Positions 11,240-22,529 of a DNA stretch of 34,745 bases are shown in pieces; within the stretch, counting starts at the first letter, position 1, and each line of letters starts with the position of its first letter. Source of the DNA: Octopus bimaculoides (taxonomy: Eukaryota); the NCBI RefSeq assembly GCF_001194135.2, contig NC_068998.1:16569576-16604320 (forward strand), written 5' to 3'. Under the pieces are notes generated by a model that was given only the letters and a program-made list of their open reading frames with translations, was not told the DNA's origin and did no database searches. The position numbers and the translations under genes were made by a program.

Positions 11240-12348
11240 TATATATATATATATATATATATATATTACTTTTTAAAGACGGCACAATTTAAAAAAAAGG
11301 TTTTCCTTTAGAAAGAAAACCATTATTTAAACAATGATTGGGAGGGAATGTGACAGGACTGGGGTATTTCATTTTCTTTAATTGGCGTTTATGAATGAAT
11401 AAACAAATCAAATCCATTATTTGTATACACAAATTAAATAATATTTGAAAATACAAACACTTCTCCGTCACATTTTTTTAAATACAACAATGATTGCTCC
11501 CTCGAATAAATACTCACACTCCATACGCCTTTCTTATAATATTAAATGAACAAACACGTTAATATTTTGAAATATATGAATGGATTCTAATTAAGGTGGT
11601 GAAAAATTGTACCTTAGCCGCACTCTAATCCTGGTCCAACTCACGGGTCGCTGTCCTTATGAGTGTGAGTGGATGAGGGAGCTGATTAGCAATGACTACT
11701 CCCTCAAGGGAGACTCACAAAATTCTCACTCACACTTAGAAATGTTCCTGATACTGTACTAAAGAACATTAATTTAATAAGCAGTTTAATGTCTAGAAAT
11801 AGCTCATTCTTCCTCAGTAATGTAACAGTAATTATCCCTTACCAAATTTGAAGACATATAATAACTTTTTATTACCATTTTTAATATAAACATAAAGGAA
11901 GGTTACTTTATTTTTCAAGTTTTTTGTGTTTCGTTTCGGAGAACAATTCCACATTTTCGTTCATTAATACTCGTGCTGTCCCCTAGCGTCAGAGCTAAAT
12001 ACTACTAGTTTTACTCTCTCGATCATCTTTACGTTTTATTTTTACTGTAAATAATCGAGTATATTTAACATTCACAATCTTTCAAAGAACCATTTACGAT
12101 TTTCTATTGAGGATTTACGTCTTTAAAACTTTATAAAATTACATTAACCTTAGGCGTGCCAATTTTTTCTGTATTATCTGTACACCACACTATAAACACA
12201 TTCGTTTCAGTTGTGTTTTAATCTGCTCGAAAATTTTCTGCGAACATTCTTATGCTAAAATATGCCGACGTCTGCAGAAAAAATAAGATATTCTTCAAAA
12301 TACATATATAAATATATTTATGTATATATTTTGAATATACATACATAC

Positions 12349-12391
<43 letters not shown>

Positions 12392-13718
12392 CATTATATA
12401 TACGTTTATGAGACGGAGTAAAATTTTAGCTTCAATTTAATAAAGTAATATTTATGACTTGAAAGTTATTTTTCCGAAAATCTGTCTGTCCACTTCTTGA
12501 ACATTATGAAAGCCTTAAAGCGAAGTTAAATTGTAAAAATCGTTGATGCTGACGAAGAATAAGCTTTAATTGAAACATTTTTCTTTCACAAAATCTCACA
12601 ACCAAGACCCCCAACTTTACATAGAGCCGATTTAAACACACAGCTAAAATTTTATAATAGATCCCTTTTGGTTCGTTGTGTTCAAGAATAAAGGGCATAA
12701 TCCCCAAACTAAGTCCGGGAGTTCTCTAAAATAAGAAGGTGGGTTGGTGAGTGAAATTAATGCGGTAAATTTGAAACTTAATGAGTGGCGTATAAATAAC
12801 AGATGAAAGAGAATACTTTATAGCACTGGCCTCCGAAAGGAAGAAACTCGTGTAATATTTTCTATAAAGTATACGAAGGAAAACATTGCGTGTAATAGTC
12901 GCAAAGTATGGGGAGAGACAAGAAGGTATTAAAACGGGTTGATACGTGATAAGCAGGGATGTAACTGGTAAAATCAGATAAGAGGTGCTTTAACTGAAAA
13001 TCTGTAGTTTTATTATTAACCACACAATCAAAATAGTTGAGTGTAGGATGAATTAGATTAGAATAAGAGGTGGTAGGAACTAGTTATCACTATGGTAACT
13101 AATAAAATAATTTCATGTCACGCGCCCGCATACACAGATGCTCTAACATTTGCATGTACATGTTTATTTGCATATACGCACAAAATAATAATATGTATAC
13201 ATTGCAAAGGTATTAAATGAACAACGATAAAAGAAATAATAATCAAATACTTTATTTTTGTATTTATTTCTTTCAATTGAAAGTGTATGCTTATGCACGA
13301 GAGAGAGAGAGGCAACTGAGCTTTGCCGTCTGAAATTACGTTCCACAAATAACATCGTTGACCAATTCTTAAAACTGACCAAATCCCTGGGAAAGCAACT
13401 CTAATAATAAACAATGTTCGCCCATTTGCCTAATGTGGATGTCCTTTTAACAATATTCATGCAGATAAGTTTTGCGCTGCTTAAACAATTCGATGTTTGC
13501 TAACTTCTGTAGAATTCACAAGCAAGTTAGCTATAAGTTACTTTCACTAAGTTTAATCTTTAGAGTTGCATTGACTATAAAATGTCTTAACTATGCACGA
13601 TGCTAAAGGAGAATATTGGAAATCCAGAAAAATTAGTGATTTTAGAACATCTCTGGCAAGGTCACTCTTCAAAGCGATGTGTTGAGATTTTCTTTAGCAA
13701 TTCTTAATTTCTTGGAGA

Positions 13719-14291
13719 AATTCCGGATCTTTTTTAAAACGGGGGCCACATTTTTCATTAACGAAACATTTTGAAACTTGGAACACTGGTAGAATGTGTC
13801 ATATAAAACATCTTTTTCTCTTAGTCTTCTTTAAAAAAAAAGAAATCCATAAGTTATTCCATGTTAAAGTTGTCGTATTTCTGTAATTTCAACCAATCAC
13901 TGACGTCCATTCAGCCGATATACATTAAGTGCCGACTACATAAACAAACGATTCTGAAACAATTAACCCTAACCCTAACCCTAGGGTTAGGGTTAAAGCA
14001 AATTTAAATGAAAAAAGCAAATAAAACGAAGGTATGGAGATTAAATATGCTTTACATCGCTTAATCAGCCAAAGGAGTAAATATAAACAACTGAATACTT
14101 GTCAGTGATTGGTTGAAATTATCGAAATTAGACAATTTTTTACATGAAATAAATTCGAATACAAAAATATTTTTCTGTTCTATAACACAAAATAGATAAG
14201 TATACGAAGTTTGAAAGTCTTTCCGTACCAAAAACACTACGTAAAACATTAATGAAAAATATGGCCCCCGTTTTAAAATAGATCCGAAATT
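13719..14291. mobile_element. Foldback/MITE-like element with nested inverted repeats
   Basis: The outer IR (13719-13761 vs 14249-14291) matches at 40 of 43. The inner IR (13884-13904 vs 14101-14121) is a perfect 21 bp. A (CCCTAA)/(TTAGGG) palindrome lies at 13970-13995. Confidence 0.8.
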
Positions 14292-15704
14292 CCTTGTCAG
14301 ATGTGTTACAACTCACCTCTCACGAACTTATTTCACGAATTATTACATACAAATGATAGCTTGTTATCAAGAGTGACACCGCTATATTAATGATACCAAA
14401 GTTTTATGCCATTTATTTATGATTTAATAACTGATATTTTTGTGTGATACGGCTAACTGAATTTAATATTAAAAATAATTTTTTAAAAATATATGTTTAA
14501 CTGCACTCGATATAAAAAGAAGCAACATACATAGTGTATTGAAATTGAGCATTAATGTGAGTGATTTTTGTCTTGTGTTGCAATTAATATTTATAAGCAA
14601 AACCAAACACACAAATGTTGTACCTGTCAAAAGCGATGAAGTTTATTTCTGTCTTATTCCGGTAGTTCTTAATTTTTCTGTTCCATTTTTTGTGTTTTAT
14701 TTTATCTTCTTTAAATCATTTTTTATTCTTTTACTTGCTTCATCTTATTTTCATTTTGAGAAAAAACCTGAAATGAAAGGACCTTAATTTAGCAAAGACT
14801 AAAATTGTAGTCAGTTGAAGACCAGAAAGGATTCTACTCCTTTTTGGAAAATGGCCCTACTGAATATGTAGGAAAGGTGAAATTCCATAGAATGTACTCA
14901 GTACAAGAGATGTAGTGGGATTACAGAAATATCAACAGAGAAAGCAGACATGTTTGTGACAAATGTGCTGGAGTAATAAGCACTAAGAAAACATGTATAG
15001 TGATTTGAACCCCAACCATATGATATTCAGTTAGGGACCATGAGTAATCCACCACAGTTTCACATGATTGGTTTATAAATCAACCAGTCAATGTGAAGCT
15101 GTGACATGCTATGGCTTCTCAGATTATCCAAAGTTCACCCTCTTTTTAGCTTATAAAAATGGTTTAGTGCCTATCTAGGCAGACCACTAAGACTAGACCA
15201 CTCATAGAAGGCAGGTCGCTAAGACCAGGCCACCTCAGGTACTCAGACAGGGCACCTCAATCAAGAAACAACTTCAAACATTCACACATGATGTACCACA
15301 GCTAGCCTTCTATAAGACACAATGTGGTTATCTCCTCTCAGTCAGCAGTTATATTATCAGCATCTTTTTTTTGTAAAGATCAACACAGTAAATCATGTCT
15401 GCTGTTCAGAAAGGATCGATGTGGCCTTTCCTTTGGATAAATACCAGTGGTGTGAAGAGAAGAGACTTGCATATGTGAACACTGCTAACCTTCCTCAATA
15501 GATCTTGCTCAGGCCTATACATACATGTATAAAAGCATGGTCAATATTGAATGGTGGAGGTTGAGGAGGGTTGAACTAGGGGACTAGCAACCTCTTCTCT
15601 TCTCTCTTCATAGTATGCCACAAAACCTGCCTAACGAAACCAGAGAACATGGAGGGCCAAAGATGAACAAATAAGTTGTTCAGCATGGATAGGTTAAAGT
15701 AAAT

Positions 15705-15920
15705 ATTGGTTTCAAATTTTGCCACAAGGCCAGAAGTTCAGGGGAGGGGTTAAGTCGATTACATCAACACCAGTGTTCCACTGGTACTTATTTTATCGAC
15801 CCTAAAAGGATGAAAGGCAAAGTCAACCAAAGCAGAATTTGAACTCAAAATGTAAAAACCAGCTGAAATGCTGCTAAGCATTTTGCCCAGTGTGCTAATG
15901 ATTCTGCTAGCTTACTGCCC
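15705..15920 (-). mobile_element. SINE of the 'ggcagaat...ttctgagttcaaattcc...tttcatcc' family
   Basis: Its reverse complement aligns with 16857-17060 and 27712-27905. Confidence 0.8.
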
Positions 15921-16222
15921 TATTTAAAGTAAATATTAAAAACAATTTTTGTTTTTAAAATTCAACCACTATCTATGTGTTAGAGAGCTTATAAATTGTC
16001 AGGGTATTGAAGTAGAATGATTTACTGTACCTATACATTTCACTGTTAATGTATTAGAAGATAAAGATTGTCTAGGTTGATACAGTAATGGAATATTAAT
16101 ATGTTAAATGACTAAAGATTGTTGCAGTTGATAAGGTATTGGAGTAAAATTGGCCTGATAATTGGTAATTCACATATTCTCACTACTGTTATGTCATGTC
16201 AATATTTCAGCTAGTTTAAAAT

Positions 16223-16850
16223 GGTGAGCCTGGCAGAATGTTAGCGCATTGGGAAAAATACTTAGCAACATTTTTGTCCATACTCTCTTTACTCTTTTAC
16301 TTGTTTCAGTCATTTGACTGCAGCCATGTTGGAGCATCGCCTTTAGTCGAGAAAATCGACCCCAGGACTTATTTTTTGGAAGCCTAGTACTTATTCTATC
16401 GGTCTCTTTTTGCCAAACCGGTAAGTTACGGGGACGTAAACACACCAGCATCAGTTGTCAAGCGATGGTGGGGGGACAAACACAAACATATACACACACA
16501 CACATATATATATGCATATATACGACGGGCTTCTTTCAGTTTCCATCTACGAAATCCACTGACAAGGCTTTGGTCAGCCTGAGGCTATAGTAGAAGACAC
16601 TTGCCCAAGGTGCCACGCAGTGGGACTGAACCCGGAACCATGTGGTTGGTAAGCAAGCTACTTACCATACAGCCACTCCTGCGCCTATCTTTACATTCTG
16701 AATTCAAAATCTACTGAGGTCAGCTTTGCCTTTCATCCTTCCTGGGTCAATAAAATAAGTACCAGTTTATCACTGGGGATGATGTATTCAACTTATCCCC
16801 CCGCTCAAAATTACTGGCCTTGAGCCAAAATTTGCAATCAATATTTCAGT
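16223..16850 (+). mobile_element. SINE ('ggcagaat' family) split into 16223-16282 and 16687-16850 by a nested insertion
   Basis: The head ggtgagcctggcagaatgttagc...cttagcaacattt resumes as tctttacattctgaattcaaa...tttcatcc...aagtaccag after the inserted element. Confidence 0.7.
16283..16686 (-). mobile_element. Apparently full-length tRNA-derived SINE with an internal (TG/TA)n microsatellite and (AAAAGAGT)n-like tail
   Basis: On the minus strand: pol III A-box-like TGGCTGTATGG (16675-16665), B-box-like GGTTCAGTCCC (16632-16622), a body shared with copies at 17948, 19920, 23872, 30540 and 33850, and tail repeats at 16283-16300. Confidence 0.9.
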
Positions 16851-16856
16851 TACAGT

Positions 16857-17060
16857 TAAGGTGGCAACCTGGCAAAATGCTTAGTGGCATTTCATTCATC
16901 ATTACATTCTGAGTTCAAATTCCACTAAGGTCGACTTTGTCTTTCATCCTTTCTGGGTCTATAAAATGAGTAGCAGTTGAGCAATGGAGTCAATGTAATC
17001 GGTTTATCCCCTCCCCTCAGACTGCTGACCATGTAACAAAATTTGAAACCAATATTTCAG
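16857..17060 (+). mobile_element. SINE ('ggcagaat' family), tandem to the previous copy
   Basis: ggtggcaacctggcaaaatgcttagtggcatttc...ttctgagttcaaattccactaaggtcgactttgtctttcatcc. Confidence 0.8.
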
Positions 17061-17179
17061 TTACTGTTGATATATAATAGAGCTAACAATGGTTTATGTT
17101 CATGAGCCACTGTTAATATATTAGACAGCCAAAGATAATAAGATATTGGAGAAGAATGGGTAGGTAATTTACATACTCT

Positions 17180-17410
17180 TATCATCATTTAATGTCCATT
17201 TTTCCATGCTTGTATGGGTCAGACAAAATTTGCCGAGGCAGATTTTCTACCGCTGGATGCTCTTCCAGTCACCAACCCTCACTTATCTCCAAGCACAGTA
17301 ATATTTCCCCATGGCCAGATATGTTTTTCATGGAAGACTGGAAATGAACATTCTTGCTTGTATGATGGTGCTGCTCATTTTCAACTATCAAGTGATGTTC
17401 AGACAAGGAT
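17180..17410 (-). mobile_element. SINE 3' portion with (GAT)n-type tail
   Basis: atcatcatttaatgtccatttttccatgc...ggatgctcttccagtcaccaaccctcac resembles the reverse complement of 24070-24205 and 30760-30915. Confidence 0.7.
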
Positions 17411-17741
17411 ACACACAAGCACATATATATATATATATATATATTTCATTTTTGTTTCTGGTTTGCAAGATTCTTCGTGTGAATTCATGTGTTGAAGCAA
17501 TATGACTCAGGAGAGAGTCATATTGTCTTAATGTCTTATTACCTAACACACTCACTGGTTCAATTTCCACTTATTTATTATTTATATTTTTTCTTCTAAA
17601 ATTTTTGTTGCTTTTGCTACCTTGTTAATGGATGTTGACTCTCTCTTTCTTTCTCTCACCCTCTCTCTCTCTCTCTCTGTATATATATATATATATATAT
17701 ATAACAAATGAAAGACAGAAGATGGAATATACGAGAATTTA

Positions 17742-17859
17742 TTATTAATCACGACAATTGTTTCAACACATCCAGTACCGATTCCTCTTGGGTGGGACAC
17801 TCAGCAACTGGTTCAGGAGCATCTGGTGGTGCAGATGTGTCTCGTCGGGTGATAAATAA
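17742..17859 (-). ncRNA. Type-I hammerhead ribozyme fold (variant core) in a roughly 160-bp element flanked by (TA)n
   Basis: Minus strand: stem I TTATTTATCAC / GTGATTAATAA (10 of 11 pairs); core CCGACGA (17848-17842); stem II GACACATCTG / TGGATGTGTT (10 pairs, 3 of them G-U); GAAA (17764-17761); stem III AC-AATT-GT; predicted GUC cleavage between 17753 and 17752. Confidence 0.75.
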
Positions 17860-17947
17860 ATAAATATATATATATGATTATATATATATATATAAAATCT
17901 GACCAATATCTGATTTAGATGGGCAAACTTGTGGATTGGTATTATAA

Positions 17948-18105
17948 CAAGCTTCTTTCAGTTTTCATCTGCCAAATCTACTCACAAGGCTTTGGATGGT
18001 CTGGTACTATAGCAGAGGACATTTGCCTAAGATGCCAAACAGCGAGACTGAACTCAAGACTGCATGCTTGAGAAGCAATCTTCTTAGCTACATGACCATA
18101 CCAGC
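17948..18105 (-). mobile_element. Degenerate tRNA-derived SINE head and body
   Basis: gcttctttcagttttcatctgccaaatctactcacaaggctttgg...tactatagcagaggacatttgcctaagatgcca aligns with 16527-16686. Confidence 0.75.
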
Positions 18106-18402
18106 TCTGTGTCCATATATTTACATTTTTAATGGTATCAGTATAGAGGAAGGGACTGTGCATCTAAACTTTGCAGGTCCTCAGGGGATGGTTAGAGTGA
18201 CACAGTTGATGTTCTGTTTCAGTAGCTCTAAATTAGGACCTGAGAGATAAATATATATGACAAACATACTGACAAGGGACTCTCTATATGGATTCCTGAT
18301 ATGCTAGAAATAGCAGCAACGTTCTGTCAAATCACACACTATCATTTTAAAACAGAGATGACACTGAAAAACAGAGTACCTCTATGACCAAATAGGTTAG
18401 GG

Positions 18403-18676
18403 CAGGGGTTTTCAAACTTTTTGACTTGCGGACCCCTTTATATTTCAGGCTTTACCTTAGGGACCCCCTTATAAACGCTTATGAAATTTATACATAAATA
18501 TTTGCTTAAAATAACATATATTTTTGCATTTATTTATTTAATAGTATTTAACAAATAGGTTTATTGTCAATTAAAAGATTTCGATAAAAAACATATATAA
18601 AATCAAATTGCCCATAAAAAGTATTTGCTGTCTACGGACCCCCTGTGGTCCGCGGACCACAGTTTGAAAACCCCTG
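18403..18676. mobile_element. hAT-superfamily MITE (274 bp)
   Basis: Perfect 16-bp TIRs CAGGGGTTTTCAAACT / AGTTTGAAAACCCCTG. Perfect 8-bp TSD GGTTAGGG (18395-18402 and 18677-18684). Repeated subterminal GGACCCC motifs. Confidence 0.93.
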
Positions 18677-19406
18677 GGTTAGGGGACTCATTAACATATA
18701 TTACTTATTGCTCATATGGATTGGCGAACTAAATTGGCTTTGTTTGAAACTCAAAAAACGATGATGACTATTTAGGTGACACCAAATAAGGAGTTTACTA
18801 CTAATTGTAAGCAAATCAATCTTAATGTTGAATATTGAGGAAGAAGGAATTGCAGTGAAATTAGATGGAAAAAAGCCTATAAAAATGCTATAATCTGCAT
18901 TACAACAAGAAAAAATATGCAAACTGGAAATTTGTGACATTTAAAAGAGTTGATGATAGCTTTACCATTTATCTGAGACAATTTGCTGAATATTTAAACT
19001 AAATTTAAACCAACATCAGTGGAGATGGTACTACAGAAATTTCATATTACAATTGTGGGTGGTAATAGTGTGAGGTAAAGAACTCTGTGTGTGTGTGTGT
19101 GTTGAAGAACACAATCTCCTGTAACTGAGGAGAGAATGGTATTTACTCTGTGGCCATGTTGTCACCTCCAAAATGTTGTTAATAAAGTTAAAAAAAACAA
19201 AATGTGAGGTTTTGAATTCTTGTGATTATCTTTTTTTAATGATGGTTTACTATTTGCAATAGAGACTTTTCAGCACCCCATCATTTCTTGTAGAACTGGA
19301 CAGAGTCTAGTCACTTGTATAGTTAAATAGTTAGATCCTGCTTATTATGTCCTCTTCATTGAGGATCTAGCTGGGTTGACAGCTCATGCTGGTTGACCAC
19401 ATGCCA

Positions 19407-19568
19407 TAGGAGTGGACCCAAGGGTGGGGTAGGGGGCTGAAGGCACCTGCCCCTCTCAAGAAAAGAAGTATGCCCTTCTAAATAATGTTATCACGCCCTT
19501 TTCCCTTGGAACTGTATTCCCTTCTGACCTTGTGCCCTCCATTTGAAAAATTCCTGGGACCATGCCTG
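19407..19568. mobile_element. Possible old GC-rich MITE remnant
   Basis: Degenerate termini taggagtggacccaagg ... ttcctgggaccatgcctg. No clear TSD. Confidence 0.35.
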
Positions 19569-19919
19569 TGCCACATGGTCATGGCAGATGAGAGGGTATC
19601 TCAGAGAGATGGGTCACCTGGGAAGTTTCTGGAATATACCAATAAATGGTGAACACGTTGCAATAGTACATTCCCCCATACCTGACCTAAGCAATAAATC
19701 TGAATATTTGCATAAACCTTTAAAGGTGTATTCATCTTAAAATACTAAGGAAAGTATAATTGAAGGATTTAATAAAATAAATTGACCCCAAAATTTGTTT
19801 TTTTAAATCTGGTACTTTTTGGTTGGTATCTTATGCCTAACCACTAAGTTATGAGGACAGAAACAAACAATTCCAATTATCAAGCAATGATGTGGGTGGG
19901 GTGACAAATATAAACGCAT

Positions 19920-20100
19920 ATATATTTGACGGGCTTCCACACAGTTTCCATCTACCAACCATGGGCTGACCAAACTTACTCACAAGACATTGGTCAGCAC
20001 AGGGCTTTAGTAGAAGACATTTGTCCAAGGTGCCACACAGTGGGACTGAACCCAGTGCCATGTAGTAGCAAAGTAAGCTTCTTAACCACACAATCATGCC
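19920..20100 (-). mobile_element. tRNA-derived SINE head and body
   Basis: gacgggcttccacacagtttccatctacc...agaagacatttgtccaaggtgccacacagtgggactgaaccc matches 16523-16686. Confidence 0.8.
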
Positions 20101-21058
20101 TTATCAAAGAGCACTTTAAGAATGTGGTTGTTTAGCTTCAGCTCTGCCCATGTTGCAGCCATTCTGTTTTTCGGACATAGTGTATCTAAGACTACATTAT
20201 CCATGTCTTTGATTCTTTAAGATGATATAGCATGATTTGAATGCTATTTCAGAGTTGGATTGAGTAAGTGATTTAGTTTCAACCCCACTAAAGAGTTTTT
20301 TCACATTTCTTATGTCATTGAGAAGATTATGGATTTTTTTAGAATCTCATTACTCCTCTTAATGTGAGGTCTTCTGCTTTGTCAGAAATTGATATTTGAT
20401 AAATATTGAGAATCTCATTGAGGTCAACTTTGTCACTCTTCAAGGAATGATTAAAGCACCAGTCAAATATTGGAGGTCAACAAATTTGATTATATCCTTC
20501 CCCCAATATGTGTGGCTGCAAACCAACTTCAGAAATCAATAATAAACAAATTAACAAGTTCTCAGTTTAAGGCTTTGAGTTCAATTCTTACTGGTTTCCA
20601 ATTTAGTCTACGTTCTTGGTTCAGTTCTGGTTAAATCCAATTATGTTGTAAATGCTATTAAGAAAGACATAAACATCACACTACTCCACTTCCCTTATCC
20701 TATAAATCTGATGTCATTGTCTTTCAAAAATAAAATCATTCAATACTGGAAACAATCAATAGTTTACAAGGGAAAAGACCAAAGAAAAGGTAGAAGTTCG
20801 ATAGTACCGAATTAAGCGTTTTGCAAGATTTAGTTTCGTTTCTCTGTTCTGAGTTCAATTCCTGATGAGTCCCGACTCATCAACGTTCTGAATTCACTTA
20901 TTACTGTGAGTCAACTTAGATTTTCCTCTCTCCATAATTCATAAAATAAATACCAGTAATATTCTGTAAATCGATTCACTACATAAATATTCCCTTTAAG
21001 AATAGGTCGTGCAGAGCTCACCAATAGTAATCAATAATTCGTGCAGAAAATATGCAAA

Positions 21059-21214
21059 CACATTAACATTACTTCCCGCCCCACATTAACATCACGTGCC
21101 TGCGAGCGCGCAATTCTAGTGTTTCGGCCTTTTCCGGTGCAATCCGGAAATACACGTTTCTTGTCGCTACTACTGGAATTGTAGCCTCTTTCTGGCCGTA
21201 GAACAACATGGCGG
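21059..21214 (+). promoter_or_regulatory. CpG-rich proximal promoter / 5' region of the plus-strand gene
   Basis: TTCCCGCC (E2F-type, 21073-21080) overlapping a GC box, CACGTG (21093-21098), TGCGAGCGCGCA (21101-21112), inverted ETS-like cores TTTCCGG-N6-CCGGAAA (21130-21149), and YY1-type AACATGGCGGC spanning the ATG. Confidence 0.6.
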
Positions 21215-21340
21215 CAGTGTTTGACAACGTGCATATAGCTATTTACAAGGAAAGCGGTTATTTTGATCACTCTGATAAAGCACCACATAGAATTGAAATT
21301 ATTAAGGAACAGAACCAGGTTACTGTCAACATTTATTGCG
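21208..21340 (+). CDS. First coding exon of an unidentified gene (MAAVFDNVHIAIYKESGYFDHSDKAPHRIEIIKEQNQVTVNIYC)
   Basis: Strong start context (aacATGG), consensus donor GCG|GTAAGT at 21341 (phase 1), promoter motifs directly upstream, and a non-repetitive, beta-strand-like sequence. Confidence 0.75.
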
Positions 21341-21448
21341 GTAAGTCTGACGGAATTGCGTCTTCGTTTTATATATCTCTAATGTCCAGTTTCTTTTTCA
21401 ACTTGTAGTAAAAGCCCAAAATGTCTGGTAATAAACAAAGCCTCTGGC

Positions 21449-21483
<35 letters not shown>

Positions 21484-22278
21484 CACTTGTATCACACGTT
21501 TGTAACTCTTTTACGCACACACGCATATTATAGTACGCACTCTCGAACACAACATTCCCAATTTTTTTACACATACTATCAATTCATGTTGTTATACCAC
21601 ACATCTTCGCACTTAAATTTATATACCACACACGCATATACTCTTCAAGTCTATAAATATAATGCTTGCATCCGCACTTATCCTTGAGTATTTCGTGGGA
21701 CATTCTCTCGAACAATTCCTTATATCTTCGTCTAAACTCCAGTCGTTGTTACTTCCGTACATTTTTCTCTTATTTTTCTTTTCTCGCTATCCGCATTTAT
21801 GTTTAATTTTCTCATCTGCCAGATCTCATTCCTCAAGCATCTAAAAAACATTTTTGCTAAGGGACTAGCAAATAAAAATAGCAAAATTGCTATTATTTAC
21901 ATGCTTTCATATTTAATGATAGTAGTAGTAGTAGTAGTAGTAGTAGTAGCAATAATAATCATGATAGAAATTAACAATAATTTACCTTGTGATGATGTAT
22001 TTAAATTATACGGTTCATCATCATTATTTCTATATTAATAAGGGGAGTAGGAAAGACTTCCTCCCGTAAATTTGTATTTTTTGTATAAGCGTCGTTCCTA
22101 TTTTCTTAGTTTCGTTAAATTATTTTTAACGCTTTAATTTCGTGTTTATGTTATATATTTACAGGGTTTGATTTGTCATATATACTTTTAAAAAAATAAA
22201 TAAATAAAAACTTGGTGTAAATAAAAAAAAAATACTAGAGTATTTGCTGTATTACGTCCATTGACAGATACACTAGGA

Positions 22279-22317
<39 letters not shown>

Positions 22318-22397
22318 GTCAGCCGCTTTATTCATTAAATGCTGCAATGGCAGCAGAAAACCAATTCTTCATTGTTCTTTCTTTGGTGTTTACTTAG

Positions 22398-22447
22398 CGA
22401 CAATTGAGACCAACTGCCTGACTATTTTGGAATTACATATTGATAAA
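22398..22447 (+). CDS. Putative second coding exon of the same gene (ATIETNCLTILELHIDK); 3' boundary uncertain
   Basis: Polypyrimidine tract plus ttacttag|CG acceptor in phase 1, in frame with exon 1. A phase-0 donor AAA|GTAGGA lies at 22448, but the frame stays open to the gap at 22530. Confidence 0.55.
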
Positions 22448-22529
22448 GTAGGAGAGCATCGGGAATGGTTGGTCACAACAAAGAAAAATAATAGTATTGA
22501 TGATTTTTCTAAAAGTGCTTTGTCGGTCT

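Noticed and set aside
9501-11311. ORFs of 92-225 aa spanning N runs (also 22280-22891)
   Set aside because: Their length comes from assembly gaps and (TA)n repeats translated as X and IY runs.
13964-13995. Interstitial telomere as a chromosome-fusion scar
   Set aside because: Only about five units are present, in the opposite order to a fusion, and they lie inside a foldback element.
16622-16686. tRNA gene
   Set aside because: It has A- and B-box-like motifs but no cloverleaf, and it continues into a multi-copy SINE body. The same applies to the other heads.
20862-20882. CTGATGAG followed by a small hairpin, resembling a hammerhead 5' core
   Set aside because: There is no GAAA or stem III/GUH after the stem. 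It sits in a degenerate SINE and is simply a 9-bp-arm palindrome.
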